Virus record (IMG/VR): IMGVR_UViG_3300032236_000765
Location: 11,023-75,022 of that record
DNA length: 64,000 bases
From: a virus
Strand: one strand, 5' to 3'
Positions 46,101-54,521 of this stretch are shown here, piece after piece; the stretch's first letter is position 1, and each line of letters opens with the position of its first letter. The notes beneath the pieces were generated by a model. The model had not been told where the DNA came from. It worked only from the letters and a program-made list of their open reading frames with translations, and did not search any database. Position numbers and translations under genes: made by a program.

Positions 46101-47427
46101 CACCAACGAAAGTAGTTGCAGAGATAGACGCATTTGCTAAGTTAGCACTGATACCTGAATTGATTACTGCTTGTGAATTACCATTAGCTGATGACGTAGT
46201 GAATGTCAGATAAGCTGTAGCAGCAGATGATGTATTTTGTAATAGAGCAGCAGCATTAGTTGCACTTGTTACAGTACCACTGACATTAGAACCGGCTACT
46301 GAGTTTGCAGTCGTTGCATATGCAACAGCACCTGAGACATTAGAACCAGCTACTGAGTTTGCAGTAGCAGCATAGGTTACTTGTCCACTGACATTAGAAC
46401 CGGCTACTGAGTTTGCAACACTTGCATATGCAACAGCACCCGAGACATTAGAACCAGCTACTGAATTAGCAACGTTTGCATATGCAATAGCACCTGATAC
46501 ATTTGCCCCTGTAATATTGCTTAAGTTTCCACCATCACCCTTTACAGTTGTGAACACACCTGTAGCTGCACCGATATTACCAACATTAGCATTACCATTT
46601 GCATTCAATGTGCCGGTAATATTAGCACCAGTTGAGGTTACAACGATTACATTAGAATTACCTGCAACTGAGACAGTAACATTGCCGCCTGAACTAGCTA
46701 TTTTAACATTTGAGGTACCATTAGAAATAGAGTTTCCGCCGCCACCTCCGGAAATTCCTGTAATGTTAGAACCATCACCATACAAGTACTGTGCTTTGAC
46801 TATTCCACTATTTGCATACACGTTTGCAGCAGTCACATCACCGCTATAAGCTCCATTACCTGCACTAACATTGCCTAATGTCGCAGTTCCTGTTACGTTT
46901 AATGCACCGGTCAATACACCATTAGTTGCTCCGATGTTGCCAACATTAGCATTACCAGTAGCAGCAATTGCACCTGCAGTAGTTAGATTACCACCAGATA
47001 TATTTCCTGTAGCAGTGATAGTATTAGATGAGTTGATATTTGTATTAGCAGTGACATAGTTCGCAACTACACCATTCGCTAAAGAAATATTATTAGAACC
47101 GGTGATGTTTGATGGCAAATCAATGAATAAAGTTTGAGTAGAACCGGTAAGTGTGGCATATTGAGCACCATTGGAATTAATACCAATGCTTAGTGTATTA
47201 GTATATACCTGCACATTAGAAATATTCGCATTAACAATGACATTCCCGTATGGAGAGTTGACAGTGATGCCTACTCCGGGAGTCTTATTAATCGAAGTTA
47301 CGGTCTGTGCAGATAGACCGGTATATAATTCAGTAAAATTCTCTTGTACTTTTTGGAACGCTGTTCTAATTGCATCCGCATTTGGATCATTAGGAAACGT
47401 ACCGAAATCGATATTTTGTTGTGCCAT
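40123..47427 (-). CDS. Very long repetitive tail fibre/whisker protein (~2430 aa)
   Basis: T4 gp9/10-like N-terminus (G...D..AD.IR.AF.K...NF.ELY); many QxNITSVGTL repeats; DAATK motifs. Confidence 0.8.
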   Translation of the reverse strand: MAQQNIDFGTFPNDPNADAIRTAFQKVQENFTELYTGLSAQTVTSINKTPGVGITVNSPYGNVIVNANISNVQVYTNTLSIGINSNGAQYATLTGSTQTLFIDLPSNITGSNNISLANGVVANYVTANTNINSSNTITATGNISGGNLTTAGAIAATGNANVGNIGATNGVLTGALNVTGTATLGNVSAGNGAYSGDVTAANVYANSGIVKAQYLYGDGSNITGISGGGGGNSISNGTSNVKIASSGGNVTVSVAGNSNVIVVTSTGANITGTLNANGNANVGNIGAATGVFTTVKGDGGNLSNITGANVSGAIAYANVANSVAGSNVSGAVAYASVANSVAGSNVSGQVTYAATANSVAGSNVSGAVAYATTANSVAGSNVSGTVTSATNAAALLQNTSSAATAYLTFTTSSANGNSQAVINSGISANLANASISATTFVGALSGTASSATTAGTVTASAQSNITSVGTLTSLAVNGNITAGNVYANSGTIGASLLTGTLTTANQPNITNVGTLSSLAVTGNANVGNLNFGSGIVTGTGNVIAGNANLGNLVIANFFSGSGNNLSNIQGSNVTGAVANATYANNAGTVTASSQSNITSVGTLTSLISSGNITSSSYVITDSILGRTGALTITSAGTNTNINLKPNGTGNIDANSAYITNVSNPVNAQDAATKGYVDSLASGLKVLSPVAAATTGTLATASGGTISYNNGSSGVGATLTTTGTFTTIDGVNIASAGTRILVKNEATGAWNGIYTYTNSTTLTRSTDANTGSNLVNAFVLVQGGTVNINTGWVCNTPAPITLGSTSISFAQFSQAGSYAAGTGLTLSGTTFSINNTSVSSGTYGNSDRIAQFTVNPQGQLTFAASIVSAANAANLTGTSLNSSIIGSNLTSVGTLSNLTVGNSTANTTFGNGTITTAGNITGGNIIGIIAAGANTITTTGNANVGNLNFGSGVVTGTGNITAGNANLGNAATANYFIGSGNNLSNIQGSSVTGAVANATYANTATIAGTVTASSQSNITSVGTLSNLTVGNSTANTTFGNGTITAAGNITGGNIIGNGQAITYIPAGNISGTLPVSVTNAISNIGTVTVGTWNSLVGASATFAAGLSGANLASLNAANVTGSFSSITATGNITSSSYVITDNILGKTGALTITSAGTNTNINLKPNGTGNIDANSAYITNVSNPVNAQDAATKNYVDTVAQGLKVLNPVAAATTDTLAATSSGTVTYNNGTSGVGATLTTTGTYLSIDGVNIATLGTRILVKNEANTAWNGIYTYTSSTVLTRSTDANTGSNLVNAFVLVQTGTVNINTGWVCNTPAPITIGTTGINFAQFSQAGTYTAGTGLSLSGTTFNINNTGVSSGTYGSGDRVATFTVNSQGQLTSASNTVITANAANLTGTSLNSSVISSNLTSVGTLSSLAVTGNANVGNLNFGSGVVNGTGNITGGNANLGNAVTANYFIGSGNNLSNLQASSVTGAVANANYAASAAALLQNTSTAATVYPTFTTSAANGYSSAVINTGISANLSNNSITATTFVGALSGAATTAGTVTASSQSNITSVGTLSNLTVGNSTANTTFGNGTITLPSAGTITGGNLLSATYLTGTLTTASQANITSVGTLTSLGVSGNITAPNIIANTGIFSGNGNGLSSIVGANVTGWVPNANVANYAVTAATSTGTYYLGLMSATSGNIAIAANTNINVAVASGTLNATLLGGTLTTASQPNITSIGTLGNLGVTSNANVGNLNFGSGVVNGTGNVNAGNANVTGQLISTASTGAPLVVYSTTTVANLAAATAGTAGTVTASSQSNITSVSSSFTGLTFVANGNITMSGAASQLSGANLVSATYLAGTLTTGSSSQPNITSIGTLGSLSVTNKVNAGQLQGEGGNISNIQGGNVSGTVASSNTANFAGTVTTASQPNITSVGTLTSLVVGNTTANSTFGNGTITLPSAGNITGGNLLSAPYLAGTLTTGSSTQPNITSVGTLSNLTVGNATANATFGNGIIILTSAGNITGGNLLSATYLTGTLTTASQPNITSVSSSFTGLTFVANGTITMSGAASQLSGANLVSASYLAGTLTTGSSSQPNITSVGNLTSLIVGNSTANTTFGNGIFTATGNITAGNANLGNAVTANYFIGSGNNLSNIQGSNVTGAVTSATNAGTVTTASQPNITSVGTLSAVTISGTSNLASSSGYVAVGSTSQVNSFKFSQTGGSLGTSVGNQILHTTYYSTDSNADYLEITNTRYAAGADWTTAGSRLQQKVDSTWMGFIQFNGAVQGGITFGTGTNTTSATSVPGRIVIDSSGNLFPLVDNTVTLGGSGNRWSNVYANNFSASSYVIRSTGTGITAAGSTQGTATILTKEINVVSTVTSGANGVQLPAVAGAVVYITNTTANALNVYPASGGIINSLATNSSLSIPGGATLQFIAPTTSQWYTVGATYA
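43190..45610 (-). repeat. Two copies of an ~850-bp internal duplication in the fibre gene (about 43190-44040 and 44750-45600)
   Basis: Near-identical translated blocks ITSSSYVITD...NLTSVGTLS. Confidence 0.85.
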
Positions 47428-47485
47428 CGTTATTATCACCCTATAACTGTATTTATCATTTAGGATAAGATGTATTAGCCAAAAA

Positions 47486-47511
47486 AATAGCCGGGATTAA
47501 TCCCGGCTATT
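47486..47511 (-). terminator. Intrinsic terminator
   Basis: AATAGCCGGGA/TCCCGGCTATT plus T-tract. Confidence 0.75.
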
Positions 47512-47528
47512 ATAGTTATATGTCGAAA

Positions 47529-50477
47529 TTACTTTTTGATTCCTGCTAACTTCATCAAATCACTTACTGATTCATTGATATCAGTCGTGTTTGGTGACAT
47601 TAAGCGACCTCTTTCACCTGCAATGATCGGAGCAGTAGTCTGACCAGTTGACTTAGGCTTGTTTAATCCACCTGAAATAGTCTTGGTCATGAAGTCAATA
47701 TCTTGTTCAAATGTAGTATCTGATACTGAATTACCCGGACCTGCCTTGTTTGCCCACTCATCTATTTTTTTAGAATTATCACACTTGCATTTATATGAGT
47801 GGCACTTGTTGCACTTTCCTTCAGCAACCTGATAAGTCATTTGATCTTCTGATTCTACTTCATCAAGCATACGATCTCTGCTGTTGTTGCAACCGCACTT
47901 TGATTCCATCATACCGCATTCATCACATCTTGCTTCTGACATTTCATCATCATGGCAAGCGCAAGGACTGTGTCCGCATTCTTCGCAACTTCCTTCATCT
48001 TCATAATCAGATGCAGAACCTTCGATTCCTGATAGCTTCTTCATGAGACCCATCATGTCACCGTGATCTCCGACAACTTCAATTTCACCGGATGTTTTGA
48101 TCGGAGATGAATTCTTCATTGCATGTAGATGCGGCATTGCTGATTCTTCATCACCGAATACTCCTAGACCAGCCTGCTTAGCTAGAGAAAGTAATTTATC
48201 GGCGTCAGCATCTGTTGCACTGATATTAACTGAATCAGGTGCATGTTGATTTCCCTTAGAAATAGAAACTGAAAATCCTTCGTTGAGTAGAGAATTTAAT
48301 TGTCTATCCCATGCTTCAAATGCAAAGTCTGTTTCACTCAATGATGAATTGTAGCTTGAAGTATCTCTGTATGTTCTGCCGCCCAACTTGAATGTTCCGC
48401 CCTTTGGGGTTCTAGCAAGAGCAGCAGTGAAGGCATTACCCTCATCTACGTCTTGATCTCGTTGTCCAAAATCAGCATCTCTATCATTCCAACCACCGTG
48501 AAGACCTGGTTGTGTCTCAGGGTCATATGGATTGGTTGTTCCTGGAACAACTGATCTATGCAAAATTCCTACACCGTGTGCGATTTCATGTCCGAACTCA
48601 TCAAAAAAGCCTTCATCCAGATCACTGTTGAACATTTCATCAAGTGGCGTATCTAATGCATCTTGTGCCATAGTACGCGGTCTAGCTGGAACACGAGGTG
48701 CTCTGACTAAGCCTACGATCGGAGCCATACCGTGGCATTCGTCAAGGCCTTCTTTGTATCCATCGTGATATGCTCTGCATTCTTCCATATCATCATAGTT
48801 TTTACCACAGTGCGGATGTCCCTTGAGACCGTGTGCTTTACCTTCTAGGCGAGCAGCTTGAATGCGAGAACTCATACTTTCTTTCAGTCTACCGCTGAAT
48901 TTTCTGGATCTATTCATTCTTCTTTCTTTTACCGGCTTCTCATCTTCATCATCTTTATCTTTGACCTGTCTGAGTGCTGGGCCACCGGTAGCTTGTTTCA
49001 TGCTATCATGCCAATCATCTTTACGCTGGAAAGCTGGTTCTTCTACATCTTGCCCCATCCAAGGTTCTAAGGCTTCATGAACTTCATTCTTTTTGAACTT
49101 GTCTATAAATGCCTTAACTAATTCATCGATATTAGCAAGTCCTGCTCTCTTGCTTTGTTCACGGAAGTTTTGATCTCTATTCCATAATGTTGTAGCTATA
49201 TTTCTAACTACGAATTCACTGATACTTGATATAGGGCCCAACAATTTTCTGATTTGACTAAAAATTGTATCAGTTGGCGCTGCATCCCCGAATCCTTGTG
49301 CATCGCGTCCTTCAAATTCATAGCTTTCCAGTGTTCCAAGTTTCTCAGCCCATCCAGCTGCTCTGTGACCAATTTTGCGCTGTCTGGTTGCCTCTGGATC
49401 ACGAGCATCTTCTTCTCTATCTCTTTCTCGTGCCCGCTTTAAACGTTCTTTTCCAGTTTCGTCCTTGAATGCGCCTTCATAAAATTCATAATTTTCTCTC
49501 GTGGTCTTGCGAGTAGTACCGGCAAGCTTCTTTGGTTCTCTACGTGTTGTTGACATGTTATTCCTTTTATTTTCTAGAGTAGTCGCGCTACGACCGGCAC
49601 CTAATCCTGCACCTCTGGTATCTATTCCAGAAGTAGGAGCAATGTCGCCTTCTTTAACTTTTTTCTTATTCTTGTTATCTAGCATACCACGCTTATTCGC
49701 AGTAGCCCATGCAATGCTTTCAGCATCCTTCTTTGACTTTCCTGCTTCACGTTCAGACTTGGCAATGTGCTTGACCATGCGATCAACCTTTGCACCTTCT
49801 TCTAGGGTATCATCATCACCGTGTAGCTTCTGCCACATGATTTTATATGCGGCATCTTTAGCTTGTCTAGCTCTCTTTTGCTTATGTGCATCACCTGGCT
49901 TAGCTCTGCCATATGCTCTGTCTAGCATATAATCAAGCTCTTGTGCATTATACTTATTGAATTTCTTCTCAGCTTCATGACCGGTGTGTGCTTCTTCTAA
50001 CTTGCCTTGCTTTGCCAACTTAGCACGAACTGCACCTGCTACTCGCTCACCTGCTTTTTTGGAACCATAACGCTTTGCTGCCGACTTAGCAATCTTAGCA
50101 AAGTTCTTGCCTGGCTTGCCCTCATCACGCTCATCAAGATCATCTTCTTTCATTGTTTGCTGTCCTTGAAGATTGTTAGATGCTCCTCCGCCAGTCGCTG
50201 TTGCGCCGCCTGAAGTTTGCTGCTGTGATTGTTGCGTTGGTTGTGATTGCTGTTGACCAGGTGCTTGAATGATCTGAACATCCTTAGGATCAAGATTCTT
50301 TAGCATGTTTTGCACAGCAGGATTGTTGCTTGTTACAAAGCCCATACCTGCTTGCTGGTTTTGTGGATTTAATACTGGAAGAGGCTTTTGACCAGGTGCG
50401 ATAGCTTCCTTGAGCACTCTTTTATTTTCGGTTGCAGACGATTCGATCTGGCTCAATTTGTTCAATAAGTCTTTCAT
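47529..50477 (-). CDS. Modular polyprotein-like putative internal head protein (982 aa)
   Basis: Leader MKDLLNKLSQIE; many LDE/LEE/VKE/LNE-delimited basic modules; Cys-rich tail. Confidence 0.6.
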   Translation of the reverse strand: MKDLLNKLSQIESSATENKRVLKEAIAPGQKPLPVLNPQNQQAGMGFVTSNNPAVQNMLKNLDPKDVQIIQAPGQQQSQPTQQSQQQTSGGATATGGGASNNLQGQQTMKEDDLDERDEGKPGKNFAKIAKSAAKRYGSKKAGERVAGAVRAKLAKQGKLEEAHTGHEAEKKFNKYNAQELDYMLDRAYGRAKPGDAHKQKRARQAKDAAYKIMWQKLHGDDDTLEEGAKVDRMVKHIAKSEREAGKSKKDAESIAWATANKRGMLDNKNKKKVKEGDIAPTSGIDTRGAGLGAGRSATTLENKRNNMSTTRREPKKLAGTTRKTTRENYEFYEGAFKDETGKERLKRARERDREEDARDPEATRQRKIGHRAAGWAEKLGTLESYEFEGRDAQGFGDAAPTDTIFSQIRKLLGPISSISEFVVRNIATTLWNRDQNFREQSKRAGLANIDELVKAFIDKFKKNEVHEALEPWMGQDVEEPAFQRKDDWHDSMKQATGGPALRQVKDKDDEDEKPVKERRMNRSRKFSGRLKESMSSRIQAARLEGKAHGLKGHPHCGKNYDDMEECRAYHDGYKEGLDECHGMAPIVGLVRAPRVPARPRTMAQDALDTPLDEMFNSDLDEGFFDEFGHEIAHGVGILHRSVVPGTTNPYDPETQPGLHGGWNDRDADFGQRDQDVDEGNAFTAALARTPKGGTFKLGGRTYRDTSSYNSSLSETDFAFEAWDRQLNSLLNEGFSVSISKGNQHAPDSVNISATDADADKLLSLAKQAGLGVFGDEESAMPHLHAMKNSSPIKTSGEIEVVGDHGDMMGLMKKLSGIEGSASDYEDEGSCEECGHSPCACHDDEMSEARCDECGMMESKCGCNNSRDRMLDEVESEDQMTYQVAEGKCNKCHSYKCKCDNSKKIDEWANKAGPGNSVSDTTFEQDIDFMTKTISGGLNKPKSTGQTTAPIIAGERGRLMSPNTTDINESVSDLMKLAGIKK

Positions 50478-50479
50478 GA

Positions 50480-51106
50480 TTATCCTCTATGAGCGCCAGT
50501 CTGTGGTTTAGCAGGTCTGCTAATTTTTGACATTGGACTTTTATTGCCTAACTTTGCATCTTCTAGATGAGGCTTGAATGGATCGAATGCTGCAGGAGTT
50601 TTTTTACCAGCATAAGGAATATCCATGATGTCATCTTTTGACTGTTCCTTGATGCTATCTAAATATTGATTACCATATGCTTTCGATGCTGCCTTTGCAC
50701 CCTTCTCTTCTTCCATCTCTTCATGGGTGAGAACAGGGCTATGATTCATTTGATTTTCGTAGCCTTCTAACTCATCGACAATGCTATCATCATATGAAGT
50801 TTTAACAACACGAATAAAGTCTACGTTGTGCCCTAGTAACTGTGCCATTTGCTGAATCATTGGTTCAGTTGCTGGATAGCGAAATTTACCCTTGATGATT
50901 GTCACAGGTTGATTAGATAGATTCGGAAAGCCATAAGGAGCTTTCTGAATTGGTGTTGATTTTGGTTCTGAAATTTCAATTGGATCAAACTTCTTAAGAT
51001 TGAAGACGAAGAGTTCTAAGAAGTTCTTACTCACATCTCCAGCAACCTTAATCGTGTAATCATATGTATGAACACTTTCAGCAATATAATGTCTTAAACT
51101 ACGCAT
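50480..51106 (-). CDS. Putative head-associated protein
   Basis: Start reassigned to MRSLRHYIAE, similar to T4 capsid-targeting leader. Confidence 0.6.
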   Translation of the reverse strand: MRSLRHYIAESVHTYDYTIKVAGDVSKNFLELFVFNLKKFDPIEISEPKSTPIQKAPYGFPNLSNQPVTIIKGKFRYPATEPMIQQMAQLLGHNVDFIRVVKTSYDDSIVDELEGYENQMNHSPVLTHEEMEEEKGAKAASKAYGNQYLDSIKEQSKDDIMDIPYAGKKTPAAFDPFKPHLEDAKLGNKSPMSKISRPAKPQTGAHRG

Positions 51107-51137
51107 ATGGATCCCTGCCGTTCTTATAATATATTTA

Positions 51138-51623
51138 TCATTCTTTATTATTTTTGTTGCTGAAGGCTTTAAGTAATTCATTGCGATCAAGAGATTGCCC
51201 TTCTCCTAATGGAAGATTATCAAGCTCTTCAACCTTTGCCGCATTCTTCATATCTAGCTGTGCCTTCTTCATCTGCAAATCAAGCATCTTAAGTTTCTTG
51301 TTGATCTTAGCTGTTTTAGCAGTAATAGCATGACCTAACATGCTACTAGCAGAATTGAAGATTTCTGAACTAAAACGGGCTTCGACTTGCATACCAAGAT
51401 CCATTAAGTCTTTATAGCTTGAGGTAGCCATTGCAGCAAGCTCATCCATTTCGACATCTGCTGCTTCCAGTCCTCTAACCTGAGGTAATGCATTTTCGAT
51501 TTTTTCTAAGGTAGTCAATGCAGTCTCAGTAACTTCCTGTGTTTGATCAGGAAGAGGTTCCATGAGTTCATTACTCTCAGATGAGGAAGCTAAATCAAAT
51601 AATTCTTCAAGTTTTTTATTCAT
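51138..51623 (-). CDS. Helical protein, possibly terminase small subunit
   Basis: Size, helical pattern and position next to head completion gene only. Confidence 0.35.
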   Translation of the reverse strand: MNKKLEELFDLASSSESNELMEPLPDQTQEVTETALTTLEKIENALPQVRGLEAADVEMDELAAMATSSYKDLMDLGMQVEARFSSEIFNSASSMLGHAITAKTAKINKKLKMLDLQMKKAQLDMKNAAKVEELDNLPLGEGQSLDRNELLKAFSNKNNKE

Positions 51624-51638
51624 GCAGATATTTAGTTT

Positions 51639-52073
51639 TTATCTGCGCCCATTATAAAACAAATCGTCTTCTGTGATTACGCGAAAGGCAATCCCATGAG
51701 CTTTACAGTATGCATTAGCTGCGGCCCATTTAGCATGATTGATCGCTACGACTGCCCTATCTCTTGCGCTTGCTGTTTTGCTTTCGATAAGGCTTTGCTT
51801 TTTAGGTTTAATTTCTACTACTTCAGCAATCTGCTGTCCATGCTTGTTTTGATAGACTACTAGAAAGTCAGGAACATACATAGTGGGTTTTCCAGTCAAC
51901 GGATGGCGATATGGAATTCTGATTGATTCACTCGCCCATTGTAATACACTCTCATTGCAGTCACAGAAAGTCATAAATGTCAACTCCCATCCTGAACGAT
52001 ACCTAGGTTTATGCTTACCTACATATTTTTGAGGATTCTTGGGAGTAAATATGCCCTGTGCCCACTTAGCCAT
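51639..52073 (-). CDS. Head completion nuclease (T4 gp4-like, TnsA-type PD-(D/E)xK)
   Basis: KNPQKYVG...YRSGWE...WASE...YVPDF...EIKP...KWAAA...TE. Confidence 0.88.
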   Translation of the reverse strand: MAKWAQGIFTPKNPQKYVGKHKPRYRSGWELTFMTFCDCNESVLQWASESIRIPYRHPLTGKPTMYVPDFLVVYQNKHGQQIAEVVEIKPKKQSLIESKTASARDRAVVAINHAKWAAANAYCKAHGIAFRVITEDDLFYNGRR

Positions 52074-52430
52074 TTACAATACTACATTTCGTTGCACTGC
52101 TTGATTAGGATTGGGAATCTGGCTTATACCATATAATGATACTTTTGACTTGAATGTGTTTAGATAATAGCACATCACAGAATTCATCTGAAGTTTGTTA
52201 TTGACTCCCTTCAAATTCTCTAACATATCAATGACATTATACTTACCTTCCTGTGCAATTCTAAAAAGAACTGCGGTGAAGTTAGCAGCGATATTAGGAT
52301 TGTCACAGACTCCCTCAAAATATGAGTATACTACATCATATTCGGTTGCATTGACAACAAGGTTTATATTATAAAAACTATCAAATACAAAGACAGTTTG
52401 ATTTGTTGGGTTTGGTGTTATAGTAGCCAT
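52074..52430 (-). CDS. Hypothetical virion-module protein
   Basis: In late operon. Confidence 0.6.
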   Translation of the reverse strand: MATITPNPTNQTVFVFDSFYNINLVVNATEYDVVYSYFEGVCDNPNIAANFTAVLFRIAQEGKYNVIDMLENLKGVNNKLQMNSVMCYYLNTFKSKVSLYGISQIPNPNQAVQRNVVL

Positions 52431-52438
52431 AACATTAT

Positions 52439-53776
52439 TTATACTATAGTTTGTTGCGGAGCAAAAGGATTATCTGCAGCCAGTCCAGTACCAAATGGAG
52501 CTATCAAGCTTTCTCCTGCATATTGTGATCCTACTGGAGTATTAATCTCATTTTGTTGTGTAGGATCAGGAGTAACGGGAGCACCTGCCGGAGTAGTAGC
52601 AGCATAATTTATATTATTAACAGTTGTTGTTGCTTGTGAATTAACTACTGGAGGAGCAGCTAATGCACCGATAGTAGGACTTGATGCAAGTCCAGCAGAA
52701 CTAGGTGTAGATGCTGCAACCGGAACATTAAACATAGTATTTCTATTAATGGGTGCAGTTTGAATAGAAGACCGCAATAATGCATTCAGTGCTGTTGTTG
52801 CTATACCATTATTATTGATAGAAGCTGCTACCTCATTTATGGAGTTGTAAGCTGCACTTGCATTTGCTATTGCACCTAAGATATTTCCTTTCTCTAAGGA
52901 ATTAATTGCTCCGCCTGCTGCATCTATGAGTCCGCCCCTGCCCAATACAGTACCATTCGCACCTGGATTCATGATAGGGCTAGGTGTTCTATCGTATGTC
53001 GCATTTTCACCGAATCCCGTGACAATATTACTAGGAGTCCTACCGTCCATATTACCGTAATTATATACTACTGTTTCATAATCAACAGTCATTCTATTAG
53101 TCATCGTGCCGCCACCTTCAGCATAATTGTAAGTATCATGTCCAAAGCTAGTGATGATAGGATTGACTAGAGTATATGCAGTATAATTGTGTTGATTAAA
53201 TCCAAAAACAGTGATAGTCTTAAAGAAAGGAATTTTGTGACCATTAGCATCAGTTTGTCCACCGTTAAAACCCCAGTCTTGATCTCCTGTTATATCACCA
53301 TTATATATATTTCGGTCATTGAATCTAGTAACAGTGCCTGTTTGCGGTGAGCCAGCATTTCCGGGCAATACATTTCCGGGCTTAGTAGTATCATTATAGT
53401 AATATCTATAATACGATTCCCAAAGCTGTGTTACTTGATTACCATTATCATCATGAAAGACGATTTCAATAGGTTCATATCTAATTTTGGTTTGAACAAT
53501 TCTTTTTCTATTATACTGATTCAACTGTACAGTATTGAAAGTGAATGTAGGTAATTTCACATCCTTAACTAACAGTCCGAAATTAGAATTTACAGGATAA
53601 CCAGTGACATTGATACTGAAATATGTATGAAAGAGAAATTTGAGCTTAGGCGCATTCTCATACGAATTGGTACGGAATGTTTTTGATGCGTGTTGGTAAT
53701 CTCGCAGTATTGGATTGGCGTTGCCGAAGAGAACTCCGGCAACGTCATTCAACAGGTTTTGATTAAAGCCCGACAT
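52439..53776 (-). CDS. Tail tube-like / baseplate tube initiator protein
   Basis: gp19-like fold motifs (VKLP...NQYNRKR...YEPIEIVFHDD); adjacent to tail tube. Confidence 0.65.
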   Translation of the reverse strand: MSGFNQNLLNDVAGVLFGNANPILRDYQHASKTFRTNSYENAPKLKFLFHTYFSINVTGYPVNSNFGLLVKDVKLPTFTFNTVQLNQYNRKRIVQTKIRYEPIEIVFHDDNGNQVTQLWESYYRYYYNDTTKPGNVLPGNAGSPQTGTVTRFNDRNIYNGDITGDQDWGFNGGQTDANGHKIPFFKTITVFGFNQHNYTAYTLVNPIITSFGHDTYNYAEGGGTMTNRMTVDYETVVYNYGNMDGRTPSNIVTGFGENATYDRTPSPIMNPGANGTVLGRGGLIDAAGGAINSLEKGNILGAIANASAAYNSINEVAASINNNGIATTALNALLRSSIQTAPINRNTMFNVPVAASTPSSAGLASSPTIGALAAPPVVNSQATTTVNNINYAATTPAGAPVTPDPTQQNEINTPVGSQYAGESLIAPFGTGLAADNPFAPQQTIV

Positions 53777-53800
53777 TGGAAACCTTTAATCTAAAACAAA

Positions 53801-54448
53801 TTATGCAGTAGTGCCACCGATACCTGTTACGGAACCAGTTGTACCATTTGCGATACGATTGATTGGTGAACCAACACCAGATCCAAGTGGGGCTTGAATT
53901 GCGTTATCGTAACGAATTGATAGACCAATAGTTACTACTTCGTTAGTAGCATAATTCAATGTGTTGTAGTTAGCATTCACTAGGAAGCAACCATATAATT
54001 CCCAAGTTTCAAGCACGACTGGAGCAGCAGTACCGTTACCACCGTCTAGAATTTCGATATTTGTTTGGAACTTATAGTCCTGACCAGTTGCAGCAGAAGC
54101 CTGTTCGACAAAATCAAGTTGCTTCTGAAGCTGTTGACCTACTGCCTTAGAAACACTACCTGATGCATCATCACGGATATTGACCGTGAGTGCAGTCCAA
54201 GTATGCTTACCAGCTAGATATAGAGTTGAGTTATATACAGGAAGTGTGATTTCCTGAAACTGTAATTGTGGTCTTGAACAATCAATAACTTGCTTAGTGA
54301 GTGCTAGACCGGCTGTTGACCCCAAACCAAAGTTCAAGAAGTTAACTCTAAATCTGAACTGTAGCTTTGGCATCAACAGACCCTGATTGCCACCTGCATT
54401 ATCAGATGCTACAGTCATGTTGAACAATGATTGTGAGGCTGTTGCCAT
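53801..54448 (-). CDS. Tail tube protein (T4 gp19-like)
   Basis: PKLQFRFRV...RP...YLAGK..W..L...RDD...WELYGCF...L.IRYDNA; directly after sheath. Confidence 0.85.
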   Translation of the reverse strand: MATASQSLFNMTVASDNAGGNQGLLMPKLQFRFRVNFLNFGLGSTAGLALTKQVIDCSRPQLQFQEITLPVYNSTLYLAGKHTWTALTVNIRDDASGSVSKAVGQQLQKQLDFVEQASAATGQDYKFQTNIEILDGGNGTAAPVVLETWELYGCFLVNANYNTLNYATNEVVTIGLSIRYDNAIQAPLGSGVGSPINRIANGTTGSVTGIGGTTA

Positions 54449-54477
54449 TTTATATTCTCCTGTTATAAGTATTTATC

Positions 54478-54516
54478 TTTTAGTGTGAGTGCCTGATGTA
54501 GACACTCACACTAAAA
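54478..54516 (-). terminator. Hairpin/terminator between sheath and tube genes
   Basis: TTTTAGTGTGAGTG/CACTCACACTAAAA inverted repeat. Confidence 0.6.
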
Positions 54517-54521
54517 TTTTA

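Noticed and set aside
40123-47427. CRISPR array or diversity-generating retroelement
   Set aside because: Repeats are in-frame coding repeats; no repeat-spacer periodicity, no reverse transcriptase, no adenine-specific TR/VR pair seen.
41960-47446. Many plus-strand ORFs inside the fibre gene, and similar antisense ORFs across clpA and other genes
   Set aside because: Antisense shadows of biased codon usage in the real minus-strand genes.
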